Of a DNA stretch of 64,000 nt, positions 28,731-39,785 are shown piece by piece. Origin of the DNA: a virus; IMG/VR virus record IMGVR_UViG_3300044716_000844, positions 1 through 64,000 of that record; one strand, written 5' to 3'. Made by a program: the position numbers and the translations under genes. Within the stretch, counting starts at the first letter, position 1. Each line of letters starts with the position of its first letter. The notes under the pieces are model-generated. The model made no database searches, was not told the origin of the DNA, and saw only the letters and a list, made by a program, of their open reading frames with translations.

Positions 28731-31700
28731 GTGGCGGATAGAGATTTTCTAGTCAAAAATGGCTTAGTTGTAGCCAATGGCGATTTAACTATTGCCGATA
28801 AGATCGTACATTCTGGCGACACAAACACCTCCATTCGCTTCCCTGCTGCTGATACTGTGACTGTGGAAACTGCCGGAACGGAACGTATGCGTATTACCTC
28901 TGCCGGCAACGTGGGGATTGGAACAAATAATCCTACAACAACCCTAAGTGTCTATAACGCAACAACATCAATAATCTCGGTTTCAGGAGATAGTGGAACA
29001 GCCTTTATTGCCGCAAGAGCATCAAATGATACAACCGCACCGGGTGTAAACTTTAGAAAATACAGAGGTACTACTGCTACACCATTAACTGTAGCAACTG
29101 GAGACAATCTAGGTAATTCAAATTACATCGGTTATGATGGTTCGAGTTTAATAACCGCTGCACAGATAACTGGTATAGCAGAAGCAGTAGCCGGAACAGG
29201 GGATATAAGCGGTGCTCTTACGTTCTCTACTCGTCCAGCTGGAACTGGTACCACATCAACAGAACGCGTGAGGATTACTTCTGCTGGTAACGTGGGGATT
29301 GGGACAAATAACCCATCAACTAGATTAGATGTGAGTGGTACTGTTACAGCAACTGCTTTTGCTGGACCTCTTACAGGTGCAGTTACTGGTAATGCTTCTA
29401 CTGCTACTGCGTTGCAAACAGCTAGAACCATTTCTCTTGGCGGTGATCTTTCAGGTTCTGCCACATTTGACGGATCAGCTAACGTAACTATTACTGCTAC
29501 TATCGGCTCCAATTCAGTCGCTCTAGGTACTGATACCACTGGTAACTACGTCGCCTCTATCACGAACGGATCATATATTACTGGTGGTAATGGCGGTTCA
29601 GAAGGTGCAGCCCTCACTCTTGCAGTTGATGCCGCTACTGCTGCTACTGCATCAAAGGTAGTTGCTCGTGATGCAAGTGGTAACTTTTCTGCGAATACTA
29701 TTACTGCAGCTCTTTCTGGTAATGCTACTACAGCTACTACGTTGCAGAATGCTAGAACCATTGGTGGAGTTTCGTTTGACGGTTCGGCTAACATTAACCT
29801 TCCAGGGGTTAACGCCGTCGGCAACCAGAATACAACCGGAAGTGCAGCTACATTAACCACCGCAAGAACAATTGCGATTAGCGGAGACGTAACTGGTACT
29901 GCTACGTCGTTTAACGGCAGTGCTAATATTACAATCTCTGCAGATATCACTGCAAATACTATCGTAAATGCCGATATTAACTCTGCTGCAGCCATTGCTG
30001 ATACCAAACTTGCTACTATCTCAACTGCTGGTAAAGTGCTAAATTCTGCCACAACAGCCACAAGCGCAAATACCGCAAGTGCTATCGTAGCTAGAGATGC
30101 ATCAGGAAACTTTAGCGCTGGAACTATTACTGCTGCTCTTACTGGTAATGCTACAACTGCTACTGCGCTACAAACTTCTAGAACAATTGGTGGTGTTTCA
30201 TTTGACGGCTCAGCCAACATTAACTTGCCAGGCGTTAATACTACCGGTAACCAGAACACCACAGGGAGCGCTGCGACTCTTACTACCGCAAGAACTATTT
30301 CACTCGGCGGAGACGTAACCGGATCAGCATCGTTTAATGGCGGCTCGGATATAACTATAACAACTGAAATTTCGCCTACATCAGATATTGAATTCCGTAA
30401 CCTAGTTCTTTCGGGTAACCTTACCATTAATGGTACAACGACTACTGTTAGCGCAACTGAACTCGCGATTGAAGATAACCTTATCTATCTTAACGCTAAT
30501 AGCACTGTTACTAACCCAGATATTGGTATTGTTGGTAATTACAATGACGGCACATATGCCCATACTGGTGTATTCAGAGATGCAACCGATGGTCGTTGGA
30601 AATTCTTTAAAGGTTATGTTCCAGAACCAGGTCAGACAATTGATACTGCGAACAACACATTCCAATATGCAGATGTGCAGGCGAATACAGTTTATGCAGC
30701 TCTCAGTGGTAATGCTTCAACTGCTACTACGCTACAAACGGCAAGAACAATTGCAATTAGTGGGGATGTAACAGGAACGGCAACGTCGTTCAATGGTTCA
30801 GCTGACATTACCATCTCTGCCGGCATTACTGCAAATACTATTGTTAACGCTGATATTAATACTGCAGCTGCCATTGCTGACACTAAACTAGCAACTATAT
30901 CTACAGCAGGTAAGGTATCCAATTCGGCTACTACCGCAACAAACGCTTCGACCGCTAGCGCCATCGTGGCACGAGACGCTTCGAGTAACTTCTCGGCGAA
31001 TACTATCACCGCTGCATTAAGTGGTAATGCTACAACTGCAACTACGCTACAGACCGCAAGAACTATCGGCGGTGTATCATTCGATGGTTCAGCTAACATT
31101 AACCTTCCAGGTGTTAACGCTGTTGGTAACCAGAATACTACCGGCTCTGCTGCAACGCTTACTACTGCAAGAACCATCGCGATTGCTGGAGACGTATCTG
31201 GTACGGCTACATCATTTAACGGAAGCGCAGACATAACAATCTCTGCTGTAATTACTGCAGATTCAATCGTAAATGCTGATATCAATTCGGCTGCAGCGAT
31301 CGCTGATACGAAACTCGCTACAATTTCAACTGCTGGCAAAGTATCTAATTCAGCCACTACAGCAACCAATTTAAATACTGCTAGTGCTATTGTGGCTCGT
31401 GATGCAAGTGGCAACTTTACTGCAAATACCATCACTGCTGCATTAACTGGTGCTGCTTCAAGTAACGTGTTAAAAGCCGGTGATACGATGACCGGTAAAT
31501 TGAATCTTGCCGGTAATGATAGTGCTAGATTAATCGAAAGTCTAAACACCAGTGCTAGTAGTGCAGTACAGTTTTATGTCGAACATAACCTTGGCGCGAC
31601 AAATGTAGGAAACGCGAGGGGTGTACTCAATCTTGTAAGTACCGGCGCTCTAACAATTGGTGGAAGTGTTGCTCTTACTGCAAGCAACTTTAACACTTAT

Positions 31701-33863
31701 GCTCCAACGCTAACAGGTACAGGTGCTTCTGGTAACTGGGGCATCAATATTACTGGTAACGCCGCGACTGTTACCAACGGTGCTCTTACTACTGGAACAT
31801 TAGCTCAATTTGCCGCAACCACTTCTTCTCAACTTGCAGGCGTTATATCAGATGAAACAGGTAGTGGCGCATTAGTATTTGGTACCGCTCCAACATTTAC
31901 AACCACAATCGACGGTGGTGCGACATTCGGTGCATTTGCAAGTTCAACTGCGTTAACATTAGGTTATACTGGCACTGCAGCTTCTACAATTAATATTAGT
32001 ACAGGTGCAACAGCTACAGCCACAACAAAAACTGTTAACCTAGGTACTGGTGGTGCGGCAGGTTCCACCACAAACATCAATATTGGTTCAAATATTGCCG
32101 GCACCACAGCTATTTCATCGCCTACAATTACAATGGCAGGCGTAGTCGATACCGCTACAACGGCAACACACTACTATGTTGAAACATCTGGCGGTAATAT
32201 TGCACCAAAAACACTTGCGAATGCAAGAACTGAAATCGTTAATACTGCTGCGGTTAATGCCGCTGGAGCAACAACACTTGGTACGGTATCAGTTGGTACT
32301 TGGAACGGTAGTGTTATTAATGGCCAATATGGCGGCACCGGAGTTAACAATACTGGCCGCACAATCACGCTCGGCGGAAATATTTCAACTGCTAACTCGG
32401 TCACAACATCCGGCAACTTCGCTCTTACCCTAACAACAACTGCGGCTACGAACGTAACTCTGCCAACTACCGGCACTCTTGCGACTACTGACAACTTATC
32501 TCAATTTGCAGCCACCACTTCTGCTCAATTAGCTGGCGTTATCTCAGATGAAACTGGCACTGGTGTATTAGTATTTGGCACCTCCCCAACATTTACTACC
32601 GGCATCAATGCTGCTAGTACGACAATGGCGTTATTTGACACAACTGCAACTACTGTCAACTTTGCCGGTGCCGCTACTACAGGTAACTTCGGCTATGACG
32701 GCACAGCGGCTAGCACCACCAGACTTTCAACAGGAGCAACTGTTTCTGGTTCTACCAAAACTGTCAATATTGGTACTGGAGGAGCATCTGGTTCTACAAC
32801 AAATATTAATATTGGTTCAAGCACTCTCGGTGCATTAGGCACCACATACATTGACACTCCTATTGTACTGTTGTCGACCTCGACCGCGTTACCCGCGGCA
32901 AGACCCAAGGTAGGAGTTGGGGCGTACGCGCCGGCGACAATAGTCGGCGGAACCGACACCAGCGCCGTGCTTTCTATCGGCGGGACCGACTTGAGTCTAG
33001 GGGTCGGTGATAGCACTGGATCGCTTAGCTTCATCACCGAGAGTGCTTCTTACTTTGCGACGTATGCTGATGCTGTTACTGGTGAAATTGCTTCCATTTC
33101 GGAATCCGCTACAGGTGCTGCCTTTGGTCTTGCTTTCTATACCGGCACAACTACCGGTAGCAATCGCGGTGAACGGGTAAGGATCAGCGCCAATGGCAAC
33201 GTAGGCATTGGAACGACGAGTCCAGCCTCAAGATTAGATGTAAACGGTACAGCTAGAGCAACTTCCATAGTAATAAACGGTGGCACGCTTACAGCCAACT
33301 CTTCTGTAGGTACTGCTGGTCAAGTTCTAACATCGAATGGCACTGCAGTATATTGGTCAACGACAGGCGGCGCAGCTGTTTCTGATACTGCTCCAAGTAC
33401 TCCAACAAGCGGTCAACTCTGGTTTGATTCTTCTGATAACACAATAAACGTCTTCTATAATGATGGAACAAGTTCACAGTGGGTAAGCGCTGTGAGCAGT
33501 CAAGCAGACGCAGCATTTAGAATCAAGACTTCAAACTACACCGCATCAAACCGTGATAACATTATTGCAGACACCAGCGCTGGTGGCTTTACCGTTACTC
33601 TTCCGGCTTCTCCCACTGCAGGTCAATACGTTACGATTTACGATAATGCGAGTTGGGGAATTAACAATCTGACGATCGGAAGAAACGGCAGCACTATCGA
33701 AAGCCTTGCAGATGATTTTGTTATAGACGTCTCATCGATCAAAGTAGAGTTTATATATAATGGTAGCACTTGGCAAATCTATTCGTCTGTCGCACAGACC
33801 GGACCCGGAACAGCTGTTCCATCTCTCGATGAAGTCGCAGCAATAGCAATCGCACTAGGATAA
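28731..33863 (+). CDS. Long tail fibre protein
   Basis: 1710 aa; ERMRITSAGNVGIGT.NP repeats; ATTATTLQTARTIGGVSFDGSANI repeats; ends AIAIALG. Confidence 0.8.
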   Translation: MADRDFLVKNGLVVANGDLTIADKIVHSGDTNTSIRFPAADTVTVETAGTERMRITSAGNVGIGTNNPTTTLSVYNATTSIISVSGDSGTAFIAARASNDTTAPGVNFRKYRGTTATPLTVATGDNLGNSNYIGYDGSSLITAAQITGIAEAVAGTGDISGALTFSTRPAGTGTTSTERVRITSAGNVGIGTNNPSTRLDVSGTVTATAFAGPLTGAVTGNASTATALQTARTISLGGDLSGSATFDGSANVTITATIGSNSVALGTDTTGNYVASITNGSYITGGNGGSEGAALTLAVDAATAATASKVVARDASGNFSANTITAALSGNATTATTLQNARTIGGVSFDGSANINLPGVNAVGNQNTTGSAATLTTARTIAISGDVTGTATSFNGSANITISADITANTIVNADINSAAAIADTKLATISTAGKVLNSATTATSANTASAIVARDASGNFSAGTITAALTGNATTATALQTSRTIGGVSFDGSANINLPGVNTTGNQNTTGSAATLTTARTISLGGDVTGSASFNGGSDITITTEISPTSDIEFRNLVLSGNLTINGTTTTVSATELAIEDNLIYLNANSTVTNPDIGIVGNYNDGTYAHTGVFRDATDGRWKFFKGYVPEPGQTIDTANNTFQYADVQANTVYAALSGNASTATTLQTARTIAISGDVTGTATSFNGSADITISAGITANTIVNADINTAAAIADTKLATISTAGKVSNSATTATNASTASAIVARDASSNFSANTITAALSGNATTATTLQTARTIGGVSFDGSANINLPGVNAVGNQNTTGSAATLTTARTIAIAGDVSGTATSFNGSADITISAVITADSIVNADINSAAAIADTKLATISTAGKVSNSATTATNLNTASAIVARDASGNFTANTITAALTGAASSNVLKAGDTMTGKLNLAGNDSARLIESLNTSASSAVQFYVEHNLGATNVGNARGVLNLVSTGALTIGGSVALTASNFNTYAPTLTGTGASGNWGINITGNAATVTNGALTTGTLAQFAATTSSQLAGVISDETGSGALVFGTAPTFTTTIDGGATFGAFASSTALTLGYTGTAASTINISTGATATATTKTVNLGTGGAAGSTTNINIGSNIAGTTAISSPTITMAGVVDTATTATHYYVETSGGNIAPKTLANARTEIVNTAAVNAAGATTLGTVSVGTWNGSVINGQYGGTGVNNTGRTITLGGNISTANSVTTSGNFALTLTTTAATNVTLPTTGTLATTDNLSQFAATTSAQLAGVISDETGTGVLVFGTSPTFTTGINAASTTMALFDTTATTVNFAGAATTGNFGYDGTAASTTRLSTGATVSGSTKTVNIGTGGASGSTTNINIGSSTLGALGTTYIDTPIVLLSTSTALPAARPKVGVGAYAPATIVGGTDTSAVLSIGGTDLSLGVGDSTGSLSFITESASYFATYADAVTGEIASISESATGAAFGLAFYTGTTTGSNRGERVRISANGNVGIGTTSPASRLDVNGTARATSIVINGGTLTANSSVGTAGQVLTSNGTAVYWSTTGGAAVSDTAPSTPTSGQLWFDSSDNTINVFYNDGTSSQWVSAVSSQADAAFRIKTSNYTASNRDNIIADTSAGGFTVTLPASPTAGQYVTIYDNASWGINNLTIGRNGSTIESLADDFVIDVSSIKVEFIYNGSTWQIYSSVAQTGPGTAVPSLDEVAAIAIALG
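29380..31460 (+). repeat. Intragenic repeat array of fibre modules
   Basis: IVNADIN.AAAIADTKLATISTAGKV.NSATTAT x3; ARTIGGVSFDGSANINLPGVN..GNQNTTGSAATLTTARTI x3. Confidence 0.9.
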
Positions 33864-33873
33864 TGAGGAAATA

Positions 33874-36786
33874 ATGGGAAAGAAGCTTATTACAGATTAT
33901 GTGTTTACTCCAGGTTCAGCTGGAGTTGGTACTATCAGAATTCCTGGTAGATTCACACTTGAGAAATTTCTCGTAATCACTAACGTTACTCGCAACAAAG
34001 TTATTTACAACTTCGCGAGTACAGAATACTTTGGCACAGCCACTTCGTTCGTTACTGGAAACGATTCAGTTAACTTTCCAGTGATAACTGACAGACACGA
34101 CGGGTATACAGTCCTTACTCTTGCAGTCAGCACTTCGACACATAATGCTGCTGACCGACTACAGATCTTCATTGAAGATACCGAAAAGCACGTACAGATT
34201 AAACCATGGGACTTCGGTACTGACGCGATTGAAAGAATGCGAGTATCAAATCCAGAGTCACTCATCGACGCTGACTTTGAATACGGCCTTCAGCCAACGA
34301 AATGGGCTGGATACGGTACTGTTCGTGGTTATCCATCTGCGTATGAATTGCCAGGCGTGGATTTGATTACAACTGCAGTTACTACAGACTTTCAAACTAC
34401 AAGTACAACGAACAGCTTAATTACCGTATCTACATCTACAGCTCATGGTATTTCTGCCGGTCAAGTAATCAACATTTCAGCTCTCAACTCTGGAATTGCA
34501 GGATTTAGTAGAGCTGACGGTACATTCATTGTTAACTCTGCTCCATCTGGAAATACCGTCACGTATTTCGCGAGAGGTGTTGTTGGCGCATCAAGTGGTC
34601 AGTCGTTGCTTACAGATGCGACTGTGATGAAGCGAGGCGCGCTCTATTCAGGAGCATCGATACCAGTCGCTTCTGCAGCGAGTAACGGTGCTAACCCATC
34701 AGTAATTACCTTGACATTTACTAATCCACACGGATTAATTCCAGGTACAGCTATTCATGCTATCGTTGCATCTGGCACTAACGCTGCCCTTGCTTCCGGG
34801 CCGTTTGTTGTCACAAGCGTCCCGAGCTTAACCACGCTGACATATACGGCAAGAGCCGGTGGTGTTGTCGCAACCCCAGCGACTGTTACGTTGTACGCAT
34901 TTACAAATTCTACTATTATACATAGATCACAAGACGGTGGCGTTATTCTTTCAACTAAAACTCCAACTTACGGCGCGACTGTTGCGCGTCAGAGTAAAAG
35001 ATACTTCCGTTATCAATCCGGTAAAGGTTTCCTTTGGTCAACTGGAACTTTATTCAGACCAAACTATGATATTCGAAGTATGACTGCTTCTGGAACAACT
35101 GTCGGTTCCACAATTACCGTCACAACTGATGATATCGATCATGGTTTACAAATCGGTGCAGTTATACAAATAGCTGGATCAACCACTTCCGGTTATAACG
35201 GCACGTATACAGTAGCGTCTATTGTAAGTGACTACCAATTTACTGTAACGGCGACAAGTGTGCTTGGCGCAACTACTGCAGTACTAAACATTACCCCAAA
35301 GGTGTATGTAATAACGTGGGACGGCGCGGCGGTAAGAGCTGGATTATTTGACGAACAGAACGGGCTGTTCTGGGAATATGACGGTAGCATTCTATCGGTT
35401 GTAAAAAGAAACGCTACTGCTCAATTAAGTGGAACGCTTACGATTACACAAAACTCAAATGCTGTAACTGGCGCAAATACAAGATTTACTCAACAATTAC
35501 GAGCAGGTGATAGAATCGTCATTCGCGGTATGACTCATCACGTCATACAAGTAGTAAGTGATACGTCCATGTTCGTGTCGCCTGATTACAGAGGTGTTAA
35601 CGCTGCTGGTGTAAAGGGTAATTTAATTCAAGAAACACGAATTAGACAAGAACAATTTAACATTGATACGATTGACGGCACTGGACCAAGCGGATTCAAT
35701 ATTAATCTAAGCAAGATGCACATGGTAGGTCTACAGTATTCATGGTACGGTGCAGGCTTTGTTGATTTTATGGTCCGCGGTAGTGATGGTAATTGGATTT
35801 TTGTGCATCGCATGAAAAACAATAACGTCAATGACGAAGCTTACATGAGATCTGGTAACCTTCCAGTCCGGTATTCTATCGAAAACGACACGCCGGTAAC
35901 ATCTCTCACCTCTACCATTAACAGCTCAGTTACATCAATACCAGTTGCAGAACTAGCACACTTCCCAACGGCAGGAACGTTATACATTGATAACGAAATC
36001 ATTCGCTATAGCGGTAAATCTGCAGCGACTGGTGCTGGTAACTTGACTGGAGCTACTCGGGCAGCAACGCTGACCCAATGGCAAGCTGGTACTTCGTCCA
36101 ACTTTACTGCTGCAGCTGCAGCGAGCCATACCGCAGGCACGGGTGTAATTCTGATCAGTAACACATGTTCTCCAACATTGAGTCACTGGGGTTCTGCGTT
36201 GATCATGGACGGTGGATTCACAAAGGACCGCGGTTACATCTTTAACTATCAGCGGATCGGCTTGAGTCTTACGACTGCGAACCAAACAGCGTTCCTCATT
36301 CGCCTTGCGCCATCTGTGTCAAACAGCCAGGTTGGTGGTCTTGGGGTAAGAGATCTATTGAATCGTTCTCAGCTTCTTCTACAAGCGGTTGGTGTATCTG
36401 TTTCCGGTGGTACAAACCCTGGTGCTTGTGTTGTTGAAGGTGTGTTGAATCCTAAGAATTTCGCTAACGCGACATGGCTTCCATTAAACGTAGAATCTGC
36501 GGGTGGACAACCAAGTCTTGCACAAGTCGCGACTGCTGTGACTTATAGTGCGGGCACTGTTGCAGTACCTGGAGAACAGGTCTTCGCTTTTGCTGCTCCT
36601 TCTACCGCGTCCGGAGCCGTGAACGACAGATTAGAACTTACAGAATTGAAGGAATTGACCGGTGCTCCACTCGGTGGTGACTTCCAGTATCCAGACGGAT
36701 CTGATATTCTTGCGATCAATATTCGTTTAACCGCTGGTACTGGTCAAGGTCACGTTCTTCTTCGTTGGTCAGAAGCTCAAGCATAA
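33874..36786 (+). CDS. Large virion structural protein
   Basis: 970 aa; repeated HG(L/I)..G..I modules; SKRYFRYQSGKG and YSWYGAG motifs seen in T4-like structural proteins. Confidence 0.65.
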   Translation: MGKKLITDYVFTPGSAGVGTIRIPGRFTLEKFLVITNVTRNKVIYNFASTEYFGTATSFVTGNDSVNFPVITDRHDGYTVLTLAVSTSTHNAADRLQIFIEDTEKHVQIKPWDFGTDAIERMRVSNPESLIDADFEYGLQPTKWAGYGTVRGYPSAYELPGVDLITTAVTTDFQTTSTTNSLITVSTSTAHGISAGQVINISALNSGIAGFSRADGTFIVNSAPSGNTVTYFARGVVGASSGQSLLTDATVMKRGALYSGASIPVASAASNGANPSVITLTFTNPHGLIPGTAIHAIVASGTNAALASGPFVVTSVPSLTTLTYTARAGGVVATPATVTLYAFTNSTIIHRSQDGGVILSTKTPTYGATVARQSKRYFRYQSGKGFLWSTGTLFRPNYDIRSMTASGTTVGSTITVTTDDIDHGLQIGAVIQIAGSTTSGYNGTYTVASIVSDYQFTVTATSVLGATTAVLNITPKVYVITWDGAAVRAGLFDEQNGLFWEYDGSILSVVKRNATAQLSGTLTITQNSNAVTGANTRFTQQLRAGDRIVIRGMTHHVIQVVSDTSMFVSPDYRGVNAAGVKGNLIQETRIRQEQFNIDTIDGTGPSGFNINLSKMHMVGLQYSWYGAGFVDFMVRGSDGNWIFVHRMKNNNVNDEAYMRSGNLPVRYSIENDTPVTSLTSTINSSVTSIPVAELAHFPTAGTLYIDNEIIRYSGKSAATGAGNLTGATRAATLTQWQAGTSSNFTAAAAASHTAGTGVILISNTCSPTLSHWGSALIMDGGFTKDRGYIFNYQRIGLSLTTANQTAFLIRLAPSVSNSQVGGLGVRDLLNRSQLLLQAVGVSVSGGTNPGACVVEGVLNPKNFANATWLPLNVESAGGQPSLAQVATAVTYSAGTVAVPGEQVFAFAAPSTASGAVNDRLELTELKELTGAPLGGDFQYPDGSDILAINIRLTAGTGQGHVLLRWSEAQA

Positions 36787-36795
36787 GGAAATACT

Positions 36796-37011
36796 ATGCC
36801 AACTAGACTTAGTACGTTTATCACTGCAACGTCTCCAATCGGTGGAGCGACCGGAGGAGACGGCGATCGGGTATTTTTTGAGAACGACCAAACTGTTACT
36901 TCAAACTATACTTTAGGTACGAACAAAAACGCTCTTACAGCTGGTCCAGTAACTGTTGCAAATAGTGTAGTAGTAACTGTACCAACCGGTTCTTCTTGGA
37001 CGATTGTGTGA
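36796..37011 (+). CDS. Small fibre-associated protein
   Basis: FFENDQTVTSNYT...NALTAGPVTV...VTVPTGSSWTIV motif. Confidence 0.6.
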   Translation: MPTRLSTFITATSPIGGATGGDGDRVFFENDQTVTSNYTLGTNKNALTAGPVTVANSVVVTVPTGSSWTIV

Positions 37012-37019
37012 GGTGACAT

Positions 37020-37709
37020 ATGCCAATTAAAATCGAATCTCATCCATCTGCTTCTGGCATTTTTACGATTACAAATCCTAATAGTTCAACGCCAAGAGGT
37101 ATTACACTTCCTGATGCTACAACTACTTTGGTTGGTACTGATACAACTCAGACCCTGACTAACAAGACGCTTTCCGGTGGGACTGTGACAGGGGCGACGA
37201 TCTCTGGTAGCACTATCCAAGGCGGTGGGCTTACGCTTGGAACGGCTGTAGCTTCCACCTCTGGCACCTTTATAGACTTTACGGGTGTTCCTTCGTGGGC
37301 AAAGCGTGTGACTGTCATGTTTAACGAAGTTTCGACTAATGGAACAAGTCCCATAATAGTGCAGCTTGGGGATTCTGGAGGCGTTGAAACGACCGGATAT
37401 CTGTCAATGGTTGGGGCAAGAGACCCATCAGGCGGGGTTCTTGGCGCGCTTACCAGCACAGCAGGTTTTGCGACCCAGTATATTGGAGCAGCCACATCGG
37501 TCTTTAATGGAACCCTTCAACTTTCAAACCTGACCTCAAACACATGGGTTGGCTCCGGTGTTGGTAACAACAATACCACCACAGCATATGTGTACTTCTA
37601 CTCTGGCTCAAAGACGCTTTCAGCGACTCTCGACCGCGTCCGCATTACTATGTCAAACGGCACCGACACCTTCGATGCTGGCCTTATCAACGTCATGTGG
37701 GAGGGCTGA
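37020..37709 (+). CDS. Fibre-associated structural protein
   Basis: TLPDATTTLVGTDTTQTLTNKTL; IDFTGVPSWAKRV; LDRVRIT..NGTDTFDAG. Confidence 0.6.
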   Translation: MPIKIESHPSASGIFTITNPNSSTPRGITLPDATTTLVGTDTTQTLTNKTLSGGTVTGATISGSTIQGGGLTLGTAVASTSGTFIDFTGVPSWAKRVTVMFNEVSTNGTSPIIVQLGDSGGVETTGYLSMVGARDPSGGVLGALTSTAGFATQYIGAATSVFNGTLQLSNLTSNTWVGSGVGNNNTTTAYVYFYSGSKTLSATLDRVRITMSNGTDTFDAGLINVMWEG

Positions 37710-37711
37710 GA

Positions 37712-38119
37712 ATGTCTACGCTAAGAGCTGATCAAATAACTAATTCTGCTGGTACCGGTGCTCCGTTATTTCCAAATGGTGCGAACCTTTCAGGCGGTGT
37801 ATCTATCGGTTATAGAAACATTCCTCCAGTTGGAACAAAAACATCTAGTTATACTCTAGCAGTAGGTGATGTAGGAAAGTATGTCCAAGTTGGAACTAGT
37901 GGTAGCATAACAATACCAAACGCTACTTTTAGCGAAGGTGACGCAATCACTATTTTTAATAACACTACAGGGAATATTACTGTTACATGTACCATTACAA
38001 CAGCTTATATAGCTGGAACAGATACAGATAAAAACTCTGTCACATTAGCAACCCGCGGAATAGCGAATATCTTTTTCATCAGTGGCACAGTATGTGTGAT
38101 TACAGGAAACGTTACATAA
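37712..38119 (+). CDS. Fibre-associated structural protein
   Basis: Start MSTLRADQI; GYRNIP...SYTLAVGDVGK motif. Confidence 0.6.
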   Translation: MSTLRADQITNSAGTGAPLFPNGANLSGGVSIGYRNIPPVGTKTSSYTLAVGDVGKYVQVGTSGSITIPNATFSEGDAITIFNNTTGNITVTCTITTAYIAGTDTDKNSVTLATRGIANIFFISGTVCVITGNVT

Positions 38120-38898
38120 TGTCAGGTATTATACAAATGATGTTAGGTGCGCCATTTGCCTCTGCAGCATTTTTGGCGACAATCTCTTCTAACCAAACAG
38201 ATCTCAATTTACGAACATGGGCTCTTGCAAATGGTTGGAATGGAACCGCACAAGCTACTATCACTGTCGGCTCAGGTGTTATTATATCTGGAAGTGTTCA
38301 GGGCAACAGCACTGCAGCATTGACGATTGATGGATCTTGGCCAGGCGGGATTACTCTTATCAATAGTGGAGTAATCGCTGGTAGAGGTGGAACAGGAGGC
38401 GCCGGCGGCAGTGCCTCTAGTACTAACGGTGTAAATGGAAATATTGGTGGCACCGCTTTGACTGTTAGTGTCTCTGCATCTGTAAACAACGCTGGGACAA
38501 TTGCTGGAGGAGGCGGAGGCGGGGGTGGTGGGGGCCTATCGCTTGGCGGAGCACCTGGCGGTGATGATAGTGTTATCTCGTATTATGGTGGTTGTGGTGG
38601 TGGCGGGGGTGCTTCTAGCAATACAACTGCTGCCGGAGGCGCTGCAGGTAGCAATGATGGCCTTCCAGGTGCCAGTGGCAATGCTGGTGGATCAGGAACA
38701 TATAATTCTGCGGGACTTGGTGGGACCAAGACACTACATGCTTCTGGAGGAAACGGTGGGTCTTGGGGTGCAACAGGGTCGAATGGCGGCGCTGGTAATT
38801 ATACAGCAGGTCTAGGCGGTGCGGGTGGTAGAGCTGTTAATGGTAATGCTAGCATAACTTGGATTGCGACTGGAACAAGATTAGGTTCTATAGTATAA
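38119..38898 (+). CDS. Glycine-rich adhesin, T-even gp38-like
   Basis: LINSGVIAGRGGTGG, NNAGTIAGGGGGGGGGG and GGAGGRAVNGNASITW..TGTRLG resemble the polyglycine motifs of gp38. Confidence 0.65.
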   Translation: MSGIIQMMLGAPFASAAFLATISSNQTDLNLRTWALANGWNGTAQATITVGSGVIISGSVQGNSTAALTIDGSWPGGITLINSGVIAGRGGTGGAGGSASSTNGVNGNIGGTALTVSVSASVNNAGTIAGGGGGGGGGGLSLGGAPGGDDSVISYYGGCGGGGGASSNTTAAGGAAGSNDGLPGASGNAGGSGTYNSAGLGGTKTLHASGGNGGSWGATGSNGGAGNYTAGLGGAGGRAVNGNASITWIATGTRLGSIV

Positions 38899-38908
38899 GG
38901 ATAAAAAA

Positions 38909-39157
38909 ATGGATTTGCAATACAATTATAAAATAATCAAAGTAGATGAAGAAAATAAAGTGATGGAGATAGTATATACTCCCCAAGAACCTTCACATCT
39001 AGGAGAATATACTGTCGGCGCAAGGCTGCCGTATGTAGGTGAGAGTTTAGAGTCTGTAGTACAGATGTATGCACCCCTAGGGTTGTGGCATCAACAAATA
39101 TACGAATTTGATACAGTAATTGAAGGATCTGAAGGATCTCTTATCTGCACTGTTTAA
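38909..39157 (+). CDS. Hypothetical protein
   Basis: 82 aa with AAGGA RBS. Confidence 0.55.
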   Translation: MDLQYNYKIIKVDEENKVMEIVYTPQEPSHLGEYTVGARLPYVGESLESVVQMYAPLGLWHQQIYEFDTVIEGSEGSLICTV

Positions 39158-39161
39158 AATT

Positions 39162-39785
39162 ATGAATATACATTTATTGAACCATCCGTTTCCTCACGTT
39201 GTGATATATGACTTTTACACTGAAAAAGAGTTAGAAGATATTAAGCACGAATTGAAGTTCTTGACTAAGCCCGATAAGTTGATGCCCCCGGGTATTATGC
39301 ATGGCGGAGGAGGACCGACTAATCATCACGCTCTATTGTTAGAGGATGCTTACACAAACAGAAAAATTTCAGACATACTTACTATATTCAAAAGAAAGTA
39401 TGATAAAAATCTTGTAGATTTAATAGTTGATAAGTTTCCTGAGTTTATGAAAATCAAACACATAAACAGTAGAATAACAAAAGTCAGATATTACTACAAT
39501 GATGATGCTTATCCTCCACATATTGATATTACTAGAGACTTTCTAGCATTTTCATATTTCCATTCTCACCCACGCAAATTTAGCGGCGGTGAATTACATT
39601 GCACTGATTACAATTATACTTTAGATTGTTCTGATAACGTATTTGTGCTACTACCGTCATATGTAAAACACGAAGTTTTGAAAGTACAAATAGAAGATGA
39701 CGCATATTTTAATGGTAATGGGCGATACTGCGTATCGCAATTCCTCGACGTGATCCCGCACCAAATTGATAAAAAAATTGCATGA
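39162..39785 (+). CDS. 2OG-Fe(II) oxygenase
   Basis: YPPHID; FSGGEL; LLPSYVKHEV; GRYCVSQF; probable start MNIHLL. Confidence 0.8.
   Translation: MNIHLLNHPFPHVVIYDFYTEKELEDIKHELKFLTKPDKLMPPGIMHGGGGPTNHHALLLEDAYTNRKISDILTIFKRKYDKNLVDLIVDKFPEFMKIKHINSRITKVRYYYNDDAYPPHIDITRDFLAFSYFHSHPRKFSGGELHCTDYNYTLDCSDNVFVLLPSYVKHEVLKVQIEDDAYFNGNGRYCVSQFLDVIPHQIDKKIA

Noticed and set aside
4140-31460. CRISPR-like arrays
   Set aside because: All repeats are in-frame coding repeats without unique spacers.
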